DNA from: Planctomycetota bacterium
GTDB taxonomy: Bacteria; Planctomycetota; B15-G4; JADJEK01
Assembly (NCBI GenBank): GCA_044225365.1
Contig: JBGAIQ010000078.1
Span: forward strand, 1-22,061
Direction: 5' to 3'
Length of the DNA: 22,061 nt
Part shown: in pieces, positions 6,803 through 16,414 of the stretch
How positions within the stretch are numbered: position 1 is the stretch's first letter
Layout of the letters: each line of letters opens with the position of its first letter
Notes under the pieces: model-generated
What the model was told of the DNA's origin: nothing
The model's input: the letters and a program-made list of their open reading frames with translations, nothing else
Database searches by the model: none
Made by a program: the position numbers and the translations under genes

Positions 6803-7693
6803 ATGCTGCGAAGCAAGCCGTTCGCCGCCATTTTCTTCGTCGTCGCCATGGCCACGAGCGCGCTCGCGCAACCACCGGCTCCGTCGCCGGATTCCGGCGA
6901 GGGTCGCAAGCTCGACGTCAAGACCGGGAAGCTCACGATCGGGAGCAACGAGGTGGTGATGAACCTCCCCGATGGTTTCGTCTACCTGACGAAGGCGGAC
7001 GCGCGCTACGTCCTCGAGGACCTGTGGAAGAACCCGCCGGATCCGCGAGTGGACGCGCTCATCCTGCCGGGAACGAAGGATGGACCGGCGGAGAACCAGG
7101 ACGTTGCGGTGATCGTGACGCTCGAGCGCGACGGTCACATCGACGATTCGGACGCGAAGAAGACCGACTACGACGAACTGCTCTCGAACATGCAGGACGA
7201 GACGAAGGAGTCGAGCGAGGAGCGCGTGAAGCACGGCTACGACTCGGTCGAACTCGTCGGCTGGGCCGAACCCCCGCATTACGACGCATCGACGAAGAAG
7301 CTGTACTGGGCGAAACACCTCCGCTTCAACGGATCGGACGAAGTGTTGAATTACGACGTGCGCATCCTCGGCCGGAAGACGACGCTCGTCCTGCGAGCCA
7401 TCTCCAGCATGGAGAACCTGAAGCAGGTTGGCCCCGTGTGCCAGACGCTGCTCGGCGTCACCGAGTTCACGCCGGGGAATACGCACTCGGATTTCAATCC
7501 GAGCGTCGACAAGGTCGCGGCCTACGGCATCGGCGGGCTGATCGCGGGCAAGGTGTTGCTCAAGGTCGGCCTGTTCGCGAAGTTCTTCGCCGTCATCGTC
7601 AAGTTCGGCAAGTTCGTCGCGATCGGAGTGATTGCCGCGCTCGGCGCACTGAAGCGCCTGTTCACGCGGCGCCCTGCGGCGCCGACGCCCTGA
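6803..7693 (+). CDS. DUF2167 family membrane-anchored protein (296 aa)
   Basis: Signal peptide; GWAEPPHYD...KLYWAK, LNYDVRILGR and DKVAAYGIGGLIAG motifs; C-terminal hydrophobic anchor. Confidence 0.85.
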   Translation: MLRSKPFAAIFFVVAMATSALAQPPAPSPDSGEGRKLDVKTGKLTIGSNEVVMNLPDGFVYLTKADARYVLEDLWKNPPDPRVDALILPGTKDGPAENQDVAVIVTLERDGHIDDSDAKKTDYDELLSNMQDETKESSEERVKHGYDSVELVGWAEPPHYDASTKKLYWAKHLRFNGSDEVLNYDVRILGRKTTLVLRAISSMENLKQVGPVCQTLLGVTEFTPGNTHSDFNPSVDKVAAYGIGGLIAGKVLLKVGLFAKFFAVIVKFGKFVAIGVIAALGALKRLFTRRPAAPTP

Positions 7694-7755
7694 ATCGATC
7701 GAGTTCGACGGATCGTTTCGTTGTCGCTTCGGGGATCGCGTCGTAACCTTCCGCC

Positions 7756-9297
7756 GTGGATCCGCCCGACACCTCTTCGAACGCCATGACCGCGCGCAAC
7801 GGCGTGGTCATGGCGCTGCTGCTCGCACTCGCGTTCCTCGCGTACTTCCCAGCGCTGTCGAACGCGTTCTACAACGACGACGCGATCTTCCTGAATCATG
7901 CGCGCCGCATCCTCGAGCATCCGACGGCGCTCGTCACCGAGCATCCGCTCGGTTACTTCCGTCCGGTGTATTCGGCGTACATCACGCTGATCTATCTCGT
8001 CGGTCGAACGAGTCCGGTCGGGTACTACCTCGCCGGAATCGTGCTGCATGCCGCGACGGGGTTCCTCGTCTATCGGCTCGGGCGGAAGCTGCTGAACGAC
8101 TCGTTCGCCGCGTTCGCGGCCGGGGCGCTCTTCACGATCTTCTTCTCGCACAGCGAAGCGACCGTCTGGATCGCGGCGCACAACTCGACGCTCGTTTGTT
8201 TCCTCGCGCTCGCGGCGACGCTCGCTCACATTCGCGCGTGCGAGAAGGACACGGTGGCGTCCGCGATCGTGACGGGCGTGCTCGTCGCGCTCACGCTGCT
8301 CACGAAGGAGCCGGGAATCGTCGCGCTCGCATGGGTGCCGCTCGCCGAATGGCGGCTGTTCGGCTTCAAGCACTGCTTCTCCAAGCAGTCGCTGCTGCGC
8401 TACGCGCTCGTCGCCGTGGCGGCGGCGATCTACCTGCATGAGAATCCGCGCCTGCTCGGCAACGCATTCGCCGAGAACAGCGGCAAGGTCGAGTTGCGAT
8501 CGACCTTCGGTTTCGTGACGCCCGCTCGCGTCCTCGGCGCCACGTTCTGGTTGTTCTCGTGGCTGCGCTCAGGGCATGAATCGCTCGCACCGTCGCTCGG
8601 CGTCGCCGTACTCGCCATCCCGCTCGTCGCGTGCTTCCTGCTCTCGCAGAAGCGCGTGCCCGACGCTTTGTTCGCGATCGGATTCCTCATCGCGGCGATC
8701 GTCCCGGCGTGCAGCACGACCTTCCAGCAGATGAATGGATCGCGACTCTACTACTTCCCGACCGCGGGCGCGGCCCTGCTGGTCGCCGCGTTGATCGCTG
8801 CAATGCAGGATCGACTGCGAGATGCATCGCAACGCACGAAGTTCGCGAGCGTTCTCGTCGGCCTGTTCGCGCTCTACGCCGGCGTGAACATTCGCGCGAT
8901 CCACGTCGTCAACGATTCCGACTACCTGCCGATCTCGCGGCTGCAGACGAACCTCGCGAAACAGATCGGACCGCTCGTCGCGCAGGCGGGAAAGAAGCCC
9001 GTCTACGTGCTCGAACCGTGGCTCGACAACATCATGCACGCGCAGCAGTTCCTCGAACTCTTCGCGAGCCTCGATCCGAATCGAGTGAAGCGAATCGTCA
9101 TTCCGCGCGCCAATACGGGTTGGCTCTCGCGGCAGCGCGAGTCGGGCGCCTCGCTCGTGCTCGATGCCGACGACCAGGGAAACCTCGCTCCGGCGATGGC
9201 CTTTCCGAGCACGCGGAACTCGGCGCAGAACCTGCCGCGTTCGTCGGATACGGGCGTCTTCGCCGATGACGTCCGCATGCTCGCGATCTTCCCGTAA
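7756..9297 (+). CDS. Polytopic membrane protein, GT-C-fold glycosyltransferase-like (PMT/ArnT/TMTC-related)
   Basis: DD motif after the first TM helix (FYNDD), YFRP, HSEATVWIAA, LTKE and RLYYFP motifs; many hydrophobic segments. Start may be GTG 7756 or the in-frame ATG at 7786. Confidence 0.68.
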   Translation: MDPPDTSSNAMTARNGVVMALLLALAFLAYFPALSNAFYNDDAIFLNHARRILEHPTALVTEHPLGYFRPVYSAYITLIYLVGRTSPVGYYLAGIVLHAATGFLVYRLGRKLLNDSFAAFAAGALFTIFFSHSEATVWIAAHNSTLVCFLALAATLAHIRACEKDTVASAIVTGVLVALTLLTKEPGIVALAWVPLAEWRLFGFKHCFSKQSLLRYALVAVAAAIYLHENPRLLGNAFAENSGKVELRSTFGFVTPARVLGATFWLFSWLRSGHESLAPSLGVAVLAIPLVACFLLSQKRVPDALFAIGFLIAAIVPACSTTFQQMNGSRLYYFPTAGAALLVAALIAAMQDRLRDASQRTKFASVLVGLFALYAGVNIRAIHVVNDSDYLPISRLQTNLAKQIGPLVAQAGKKPVYVLEPWLDNIMHAQQFLELFASLDPNRVKRIVIPRANTGWLSRQRESGASLVLDADDQGNLAPAMAFPSTRNSAQNLPRSSDTGVFADDVRMLAIFP

Positions 9298-9303
9298 GGG
9301 GAT

Positions 9304-9870
9304 CTACGGCGAAGGCGCGGGAGGCGGCAGGGGCAGGCCGGTGAGGCCGTCGATGCTGCGCGCGTTCTTCGTCTTGCGATACTGCATCACGCCGGCCTCG
9401 CCGCGCTTCTCGTTCGACCGATTCAGAGTGTCGCGGTGTTCCTTGAAGTCGTAGCGCGGAACGGCGTAGCCGCAGGAATCGGCGATCCTCGTCACCTCGA
9501 CACGGACGATCGCGCGAGCGCCGGGATGATCCGGGAACCGTCGGCGCAACTCGTCCCATCCCTCGGTCTCGGGCGCGACGAAATCTCCGCGTCCGTACAG
9601 CCGCACGATCTTGGGTGGGCCTTCGAACGCGCAGAACATGATGACGATGCGCCCGTTCTCGCGCAGGTGCGCGATCGTCTCGATGCCGCTGCCGGTGAGA
9701 TCGAGGTAGGCGACGCAGGTCGGCGAGAGCACGCGAAACGAATCGAGACCCTTGGGCGAGCAATTCACGAGGCCGTCCGCCGCGAGCGGGGCGGTGGCCA
9801 CGAAGAACATCTGCTGCTTCGCGATCCACTGCGAGAGTTCGTCACTGATCTCGTCGTACTGCTTGCCCAC
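9304..9870 (-). CDS. Pyridoxamine 5'-phosphate oxidase-like FMN-binding family protein (188 aa)
   Basis: QQMFFVATAPL...VNCSPKG, YLDLTGSGIETIAHLRENGRIVIMFCAFEGPP and SCGYAVP motifs. Start reassigned to the GTG at 9870, preceded by AAGAAGGAAG, which removes the overlap with nhaA. Confidence 0.88.
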   Translation of the reverse strand: MGKQYDEISDELSQWIAKQQMFFVATAPLAADGLVNCSPKGLDSFRVLSPTCVAYLDLTGSGIETIAHLRENGRIVIMFCAFEGPPKIVRLYGRGDFVAPETEGWDELRRRFPDHPGARAIVRVEVTRIADSCGYAVPRYDFKEHRDTLNRSNEKRGEAGVMQYRKTKNARSIDGLTGLPLPPPAPSP

Positions 9871-9982
9871 GTCGTTCTTCCTTCTTGACGCACTCGAAGG
9901 CATCCAGTGTATCGGCTGCCCAGCGGATCGCGGGATCCCTCCGCCTCGCGGAATCGCGACGCATTCGATAGGGTCATGGTGA

Positions 9983-11152
9983 ATGAACACCACGGCTTCC
10001 GAATCGAACCCGGAATCGAACGGCTCGTCGAACGCGACTCGCGTCGGGCTCATCCTGATCGCGGCCGCCGTCCTCGCGATCGTGCTCGACAATTCGCCGC
10101 TCGCTTGGCTCTACGACGATCTGCTCGATACGCCGTTCTCGATCCGTCTCGGATCCCTCGGGCTCGAGAAGCCGCTCCTGCTTTGGATCAACGACGGCTT
10201 GATGGCGGTGTTCTTCCTCCTCGTCGGGATCGAGATCAAGCGCGTGCGGATCGAAGGACAGTTCCAGCAAGTCCGGAAGGCGATCTTGCCGCTCTTCGCG
10301 GCGCTCGGCGGCATGGTCGTCCCGGCCCTGTTCTATTCGGCGTTCAATCACGCCAACTCGGACGCACTGCGTGGCTGGGCCATCCCCTGCGCGACGGACA
10401 TCGCCTTCGCACTCGGTGTCCTGTCGCTCGCGGGATCGAAGATTCCCACGTCCATCCGTTCGTTCCTCACGGCTGTCGCCGTGATCGACGATCTCGGCAG
10501 CATCGTCATCATTGCCGCCTTCTACACGGCGAGTCTCTCGTTCCCGGCGCTCGTGATCGCGGGTGTCTGTTGCGCCGCGCTCGCGATCATGAATCGAGCC
10601 GGAGTCACGAGGATCGGCGCCTATCTGCTCATCGGCATCGTGCTGTGGGTTGCGGTACTGAAGTCGGGCGTTCACGCAACCCTTGCCGGCGTCGTGCTCG
10701 CGCTCGCCATTCCGCTGCGGGCGAAGGACGCGCATGGCGAATCGCCCGCGATCGCGCTCGAGCACCAACTGAAACCCTGGGTCGATTACTTCATCCTCCC
10801 CGTCTTCGCGTTCGCGAACGCAGGCCTACCGCTGCTGCATCTCGACGCACGCGCCGCGCTCGACACGATTCCGCTCGGGATCACGACGGGACTCGTCATC
10901 GGCAAACCGATCGGCATCGCCGGCTCGACGTGGCTCGCGAATCGACTCGGCATCGCGTCTCCACCCGATGGCGCGACGTGGAAGCACGTGCTCGGCGCGG
11001 GCCTTCTCGGCGGCATCGGATTCACGATGAGCCTGTTCATCGGCTCACTCGCATTCGACAGCCCGCTCCTGCTCGAAGAGGTTCGCCTCGGAGTGCTCTG
11101 CGCGTCGTTACTCGCGGGAATCCTTGGGTATGGAATGTTGAAGCGCGCTTGA
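9983..11152 (+). CDS. nhaA: Na+/H+ antiporter NhaA (389 aa)
   Basis: WINDGLMAVFF, ATDIAFA, AVIDDLG (paired Asp), KSGVHATLAG, GKPIG and GIGFTMSLFI motifs. Confidence 0.95.
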   Translation: MNTTASESNPESNGSSNATRVGLILIAAAVLAIVLDNSPLAWLYDDLLDTPFSIRLGSLGLEKPLLLWINDGLMAVFFLLVGIEIKRVRIEGQFQQVRKAILPLFAALGGMVVPALFYSAFNHANSDALRGWAIPCATDIAFALGVLSLAGSKIPTSIRSFLTAVAVIDDLGSIVIIAAFYTASLSFPALVIAGVCCAALAIMNRAGVTRIGAYLLIGIVLWVAVLKSGVHATLAGVVLALAIPLRAKDAHGESPAIALEHQLKPWVDYFILPVFAFANAGLPLLHLDARAALDTIPLGITTGLVIGKPIGIAGSTWLANRLGIASPPDGATWKHVLGAGLLGGIGFTMSLFIGSLAFDSPLLLEEVRLGVLCASLLAGILGYGMLKRA

Positions 11153-11156
11153 ACCG

Positions 11157-13652
11157 ATGCGAACCCTCTGCCTTCTCATCCTCCCGCTGATCGTCTGCGC
11201 TGCCGCGGCGCGACCCGCCGCGGCGCGATTTGAAATCGCCGCGGTGAACTTCGGGCAAGCGCCGATCACGCCGCGCGCGCTCGATGCTTCGGGAAACGAG
11301 GTGGAAGGCGCGCTCACGATGGAACGCGTACCGATCGCTTCGTTCGGTGGCGGCGAATCGATCGTGCTGCATGCGAAGGCATCGCAGCCCATCGCGCGGA
11401 TCGAGCTGTTCCAGCGCCGACCGCTCGCGGGTGTGAGCCCTGTCGACTCGAGCGAGATGCGGGTGATGTACTTTCCCGTGCGCCTGCCCGCATCCTCCGG
11501 ATCCTCCGAATCGCCCCCCTCGATCGGATGCGTCGTCGGGGCGCTCTCGAATCACGTCGAATCCGCGCACCTGCTCGCGATCTCGAGGGCCGATCGAACC
11601 GCGGCCCTCGTACTGGAAGGCGAGGGCGCGACGATCGCGGTCGATGTCGACGAGACCGGCACAGTCCTCGGAACCGTCTCGATCGATTGCTTTTCGTTGG
11701 GAGCCCGGTCGGGCGCCTTCGAGGCCAAGGTCTCGTGTCTCGCCGCGCCCGATGCGATCGATGCGATCGAACTGCTGCGGGCGCGGGACCGTCACGTTCG
11801 TAGCGACGGCGATGGCGTCGCGCTCGCATCGATCACCGTGGCGAACGCGCCGCGCGCCTACTCGCTCGACCGCTGGTTCGTGGCCCACGAAGACGGCACG
11901 TACCTCATCGACGTCCTCGCGCGCGGCGCGCAGGGCCGGCCGCTCGACCTGTTCCGTGGCGATGGCGTGCCTTCGCTGTGGGCGTCGGTCGCCGAGGGCT
12001 CGAAGTGTCGCACGCTCCTCGTCGATCCCTCGATCGAAGCGCGCACCGTCGCGATCGTGGGACGCGACATCCTTCCGGGAGCCGGCGAGAGGTTCGCGGT
12101 GGAGGATCTCGACACCGGCGAAGCGCTCGGTCACGGTCGCGACACGGTGCTCGTTCCATTGCCGTCGGGTGGGCGACGGTTCTTGCAGTTCTCGGCCGTG
12201 AAGAGCGATTCGTCGCCCACACCGAAAATCCTCCTCGTTCACGGGCCTTCGCCGCGCGAACGCTTCGAACTCGAAGAGGTCTTGCCGTACGCGCCGGATC
12301 TCGCCGCACGCGCGCTCGGTGCGCTGCACGAGAACGGAATCGTCTTCGTTGCTCTGAAGGGAGGCGACGATCTCGAAACGGTTCCCGCCCCTCTCGCGTC
12401 GCTCATGATCCCGACGATCGTGCCGTATCACGCCGTGCGTCGCTCGGAGACATTGAGAGGCGGCCTCGAGAGAATCGCGCAGTTCGCCTCCAACGTCGAA
12501 TGGGCGCTCGGATTTCCGCCCCAGGACGTCGACTCGAGGGACTGGCTCGTCTGTCTCGAGGCGGGCTTCTACGCGACTCCCCTCCAGCCGCGGCTCGTCG
12601 ACGGGATGCCGGCCGCGCGCGGATTCGCCGTGTTCATGAATCCGGGGATCGTCGTCGTGACGTCGGGTCTCTCCGAGTCCGAACGTAATCAGATGGCGCA
12701 GGGCGTTCGCGATCCGGTTGCGGCGACGGACGTCCTGCGACGAGTCGTCGACGCCCAACAAGCCGTGCGTCTGTCGCGTGAGCCGACGGGATTGTTCAAA
12801 GCGCTCTCGCGCCTCCCGCGTTGGACGCAGGACGATTTCGTGCCCGGCGATCCGATCGTCATGATGCGCTGGGCCGCGATGGTGAGTGGCAAGACTCAGC
12901 GCCGATTGCGGTCCTTGCCCGTCGCGAAGGGCGCGCCCTCGCTCCCCGAGGACGTGTTCGAATTCACGTCGCCGATCCAATTCGCGCTCGATCTGCCGCA
13001 GCCGTTCGCGCAACCGATCGTCGCCGTCGTGCGCTCGGTGAAGGAGGACAGCGGCGACGTGACCCTCGCGTACGAGGATCGCCCGCTCGAGAGCATCGCG
13101 CGGTCGAAGGACGAGCGAGGACTTTGGCGCGAGGAGATCTTCGTCCTGCCCCCGGAGTGGGCCAAGGGCCAGGTCCGGGTGGCGCTCTCCCTCATGGCGC
13201 AAGGTGGCATCGGTCGCGTCGCCCGTGTCGCCTTCTTCGCGAGTCGAAGCGACGACGGCATCCCGCTAGCGCTCCTCACGCCACTCGCGATCGCGCCGAA
13301 TCCGGCCGCGGTGGGAGTTTGCCATCGCATCGACGGGACGCCGCTCCTCGATCGCGGGGAGGGGTACTTCAACGGCCTCGAGATGCTCGCGGGGAGCGAG
13401 GTGGTGTACGAACTGTCGGGTGACGCGAAGCCAAGGCGGCTCGAATTCGGAGCCACCGCCACGGGAACGCCGACCGTCCTCGTGGTGCGGGCGGATGGCG
13501 TCGACAAGGCCCGCTACGAACTGTCACCGAACGCGAAGGAGCCTCTGCGGGCGCGGCTCGAGATCGTCGGGGCGAAGCGGCTGCGGTTCCTCGTCGAGAC
13601 CGCGGCGGGAAGCGGCGGATCGGTCTTCGTCCTGGATCCGCGCGTTCGCTGA
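11157..13652 (+). CDS. Large secreted protein with C-terminal NPCBM/NEW2-like domain (831 aa)
   Basis: Signal peptide MRTLCLLILPLIVCAAAA. The C terminus IDGTPL...FNGLEMLAGSEVVYEL...VRADG...LEIVGAKRLRFLV...DPRV fits the NPCBM pattern. The rest is unrecognised. Starts 4 nt after nhaA. Confidence 0.6.
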   Translation: MRTLCLLILPLIVCAAAARPAAARFEIAAVNFGQAPITPRALDASGNEVEGALTMERVPIASFGGGESIVLHAKASQPIARIELFQRRPLAGVSPVDSSEMRVMYFPVRLPASSGSSESPPSIGCVVGALSNHVESAHLLAISRADRTAALVLEGEGATIAVDVDETGTVLGTVSIDCFSLGARSGAFEAKVSCLAAPDAIDAIELLRARDRHVRSDGDGVALASITVANAPRAYSLDRWFVAHEDGTYLIDVLARGAQGRPLDLFRGDGVPSLWASVAEGSKCRTLLVDPSIEARTVAIVGRDILPGAGERFAVEDLDTGEALGHGRDTVLVPLPSGGRRFLQFSAVKSDSSPTPKILLVHGPSPRERFELEEVLPYAPDLAARALGALHENGIVFVALKGGDDLETVPAPLASLMIPTIVPYHAVRRSETLRGGLERIAQFASNVEWALGFPPQDVDSRDWLVCLEAGFYATPLQPRLVDGMPAARGFAVFMNPGIVVVTSGLSESERNQMAQGVRDPVAATDVLRRVVDAQQAVRLSREPTGLFKALSRLPRWTQDDFVPGDPIVMMRWAAMVSGKTQRRLRSLPVAKGAPSLPEDVFEFTSPIQFALDLPQPFAQPIVAVVRSVKEDSGDVTLAYEDRPLESIARSKDERGLWREEIFVLPPEWAKGQVRVALSLMAQGGIGRVARVAFFASRSDDGIPLALLTPLAIAPNPAAVGVCHRIDGTPLLDRGEGYFNGLEMLAGSEVVYELSGDAKPRRLEFGATATGTPTVLVVRADGVDKARYELSPNAKEPLRARLEIVGAKRLRFLVETAAGSGGSVFVLDPRVR

Positions 13653-13743
13653 AGCGGATTCGCCGGGCATTGGCGCTTCCTCTTTACCGTCTCTTGTTGG
13701 ATCATTGGTCGAAGCCCGACGCGAAGCCCATAGACCGGAACGC

Positions 13744-14454
13744 ATGAAGAAACCCTTGATCCTCGTCGTGGACGACGAACCGCATCTCGTCGATCTACTG
13801 AAGCATCATCTGACGCGTGAGCACTACGAGGTCGATGTCGCAAAAGACGGCGAATCGGCCATCGCGAAGGCGCGCAAACGGCTTCCCGATCTCGTGGTCC
13901 TCGATCTGATGTTGCCCGGACTCGACGGACTCGAGGTCTGTCGCAGACTGCGCTCCGAACCGCGCACCGAACACGTCCCGATCATCATGCTGACGGCGAA
14001 GGCCGAAGAGACCGACGCCGTGATCGGCCTGGCGCAAGGCGCCGACGACTACGTCCGCAAACCCGTCGGCATGCGCGAACTGCTCGCCCGTATCAGCACG
14101 CGCTTGCGAGCGGCGGCCGCTCAAAGAGCCGAGGAAGAGCGCAAGGTGCTCCGCTTCGGCGATCTCGTCATCGATTCCGTGAAGCACGAAGTCGAACTCA
14201 AGGGCGAGTCGATTCGCCTCACGATGACGGAGTTCAAACTGCTGCGCCACCTCGTTCGCAACGCTGGGCGCGCGTTCTCGCGCAACGACCTGCTCGATGC
14301 GGTGATCGCGCCCGATACCGTCGTCGTCGACCGCAACGTGGACGTCCACGTCGCGACGCTGCGCAAGAAGCTCGGCGAGTACGGTCCGTACATCGAGACG
14401 ATTCGAGGCCTTGGATACAAGTTTCGCGAGCAACCCGTCGCGTCGACCCCCTGA
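13744..14454 (+). CDS. phoB: OmpR/PhoB-family response regulator, probable PhoB (236 aa)
   Basis: ILVVDDE, LDLMLP (phospho-Asp), IIMLTAK, GADDYVRKP, LTMTEFKLL, RNVDVHV..LRKKL and IETIRGLGY motifs; adjacent to a kinase and pst genes. Start set at the ATG at 13744. Confidence 0.85.
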   Translation: MKKPLILVVDDEPHLVDLLKHHLTREHYEVDVAKDGESAIAKARKRLPDLVVLDLMLPGLDGLEVCRRLRSEPRTEHVPIIMLTAKAEETDAVIGLAQGADDYVRKPVGMRELLARISTRLRAAAAQRAEEERKVLRFGDLVIDSVKHEVELKGESIRLTMTEFKLLRHLVRNAGRAFSRNDLLDAVIAPDTVVVDRNVDVHVATLRKKLGEYGPYIETIRGLGYKFREQPVASTP

Positions 14455-14463
14455 CGCAACCGA

Positions 14464-16296
14464 GTGATCGGAAGCAGCGCCGCAGCGAGAGAGAATAGAA
14501 ACGTGTTGTTGCCCGAGACCTTCTCGAGTCGAGTCGCGCTCGCGTTCTCCGTCGTGGTCGCGGCTTTGCTCGTCGCCAGCGCGTGGGTCGTCGAGCGAAG
14601 GTCGCAGACGTTCCATGAAGCGGAGGTGAGGCGTCGCCTCGACGCCATCGCCGTCGCCACGAGCGACGACGCCAAGGCGGTCTTCGAAGGAAGGATGACC
14701 CGCGAGGCGTTCGGCGAGAAGATCGCGAAGCTGGTGGCGGAGACGGGCGTTCGCTTCACGCTCATCCGCGCCGACGGCTCGGTGGTCGCGGACAGTTCGA
14801 CGTTCCCGGTCGAGAATCACGGCGATCGCCCCGAATTCCTCGAGGCGATGAAGAGCGGTCGCGGCAGTAGCGCGCGTCAGAGCAATACGACGATGCACCC
14901 GATGTCGTACGACGCGTGGCGCATCGACTCCGACCACGGACCGCTCGGCGTGTTGCGAGTCTCCGCCTTCCTCGATCAGCTCGATGCCGAGGTGGCGATC
15001 CTGCATCAGGCCGTGATCTACACCGCGATCGGCGTCGTCCTGCTGGGGATCCTGTTCGCCTTCATCACGTCTCGCGTGCTCGCAAGACCGCTGGAATCGA
15101 TCGCGTCGGCGGCCGACGCGGTGGCGAGCGGTGCGAAGAGCAGCGCGATCCGCGTCGAGGGACCGCGCGAGGTGCGCCGCCTCGCGGATGCGATCAACGC
15201 GATGGCGGATGAACTGCGCGCACAGATGACGAGCATCGAACGCGCCCGCGCCGAGACCGAGTCGATCCTCGAGTCGCTGAAGGAAGGTGTCGTCGCGATC
15301 TCTCGCGGCGAGCGTCTGATGCGGATGAACGTCGCTGCGGCTCGACTCCTCGGGATCGATCGCCCGCTCGATCCCGGCGAGCAACTCTGGCGAGCCGTCC
15401 GTTTCCCCGAGCTCGAAGCGGCGCTGCGTCAGGTCATCCTCGAAGGCCACGAATCGGTCCATATCGACGCGAATTCGCCCCGCAACGACGGATCCGTGAT
15501 CTCCCTCACGATCACGCCGCTCGGCAACGGCGGCGGCGCCGTCGCGATCCTCTCCGACGTGACCGACATCCGTCGCCTCGAGAAGGTGCGCAGCGATTTC
15601 GTCGCCAACGTCTCCCATGAGATGCGGACCCCGCTCGCCGTCATCATGGGCGCGATCGAAACGCTCGAGGATCCGACTCTCGGCGATGCGGATCAGCGCA
15701 AGTTCCTCGAGATGGCCCGCCTCAACGCGGATCGCATGAAGAACATCGTCGAGGACCTGCTCGAACTCTCGAAGATCGAGGCCGAGGGCGACACGATCGC
15801 GCTCGAGCCCATGAACATCGAGACGCCGATCCGAAACTCGATGAGCGCGCTCCAGTACGCCGCGGACACGAAGCACATCCACGTCGAACTCCATCCGCCG
15901 CCGCAATCGCCGATCCTCGTCCAGGGCAACATGAAGCGGCTCGAGCAAGTGTTCTCGAATCTGATCGACAACGCGATCAAGTACACGCCCGAGGGCGGCA
16001 ACGTTCGCGTGCGGATCGATCTCACGGACAAGGAAGTTTGCATCGAGGTCGAGGACACGGGGATCGGCATCCCGCAGCATTCGCTCTCGCGGGTCTTCGA
16101 ACGCTTCTACCGCGTCGACAAGGGTCGCTCGCGCGACATGGGCGGCACCGGCCTCGGCCTCGCGATCGTGAAGCATGCGACTCGCGCTCACGGCGGCAGA
16201 GTGACGGTCCGCAGCGAAGAAGGCCGCGGAACGACGTTCGGCGTGAGTCTGCCCCGCGTGTCGGTCGGGCGACCGGCTCCCCAACCGGTGGATTGA
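14464..16296 (+). CDS. phoR: Sensor histidine kinase, probable PhoR (2 TM, extracytoplasmic domain, HAMP, PAS, HisKA, HATPase)
   Basis: FVANVSHEMRTPL (H box), NLIDNAIKYT, DTGIGI, FERFYRVDKGRSR and GGTGLGLAIVKH motifs. The true start may be the GTG at 14503. Confidence 0.87.
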   Translation: MIGSSAAARENRNVLLPETFSSRVALAFSVVVAALLVASAWVVERRSQTFHEAEVRRRLDAIAVATSDDAKAVFEGRMTREAFGEKIAKLVAETGVRFTLIRADGSVVADSSTFPVENHGDRPEFLEAMKSGRGSSARQSNTTMHPMSYDAWRIDSDHGPLGVLRVSAFLDQLDAEVAILHQAVIYTAIGVVLLGILFAFITSRVLARPLESIASAADAVASGAKSSAIRVEGPREVRRLADAINAMADELRAQMTSIERARAETESILESLKEGVVAISRGERLMRMNVAAARLLGIDRPLDPGEQLWRAVRFPELEAALRQVILEGHESVHIDANSPRNDGSVISLTITPLGNGGGAVAILSDVTDIRRLEKVRSDFVANVSHEMRTPLAVIMGAIETLEDPTLGDADQRKFLEMARLNADRMKNIVEDLLELSKIEAEGDTIALEPMNIETPIRNSMSALQYAADTKHIHVELHPPPQSPILVQGNMKRLEQVFSNLIDNAIKYTPEGGNVRVRIDLTDKEVCIEVEDTGIGIPQHSLSRVFERFYRVDKGRSRDMGGTGLGLAIVKHATRAHGGRVTVRSEEGRGTTFGVSLPRVSVGRPAPQPVD

Positions 16297-16310
16297 CTTC
16301 GCCCTCGACC

Positions 16311-16332
16311 GATCTTCACGAGATCTTGACGA
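16311..16332 (+). promoter_or_regulatory. Pho-box-like 11-bp tandem direct repeat upstream of pstB
   Basis: GATCTTCACGA (16311-16321) and GATCTTGACGA (16322-16332) are 10/11 identical. An 11-bp period is characteristic of PhoB/PhoP sites. Confidence 0.65.
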
Positions 16333-16414
16333 TCCGACTGCACTCTGACGCCACATCGAGCTGACGGCGACGAACTCTCGTCGCGAGCAACTCGTGCGGA
16401 CGTTCGAGGAGCGC

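Noticed and set aside
7706-7745. Imperfect stem after DUF2167 (CGACGGATC...GATCGCGTCG)
   Set aside because: Bulged stem, long loop and no U-tract; not supportable as a terminator.
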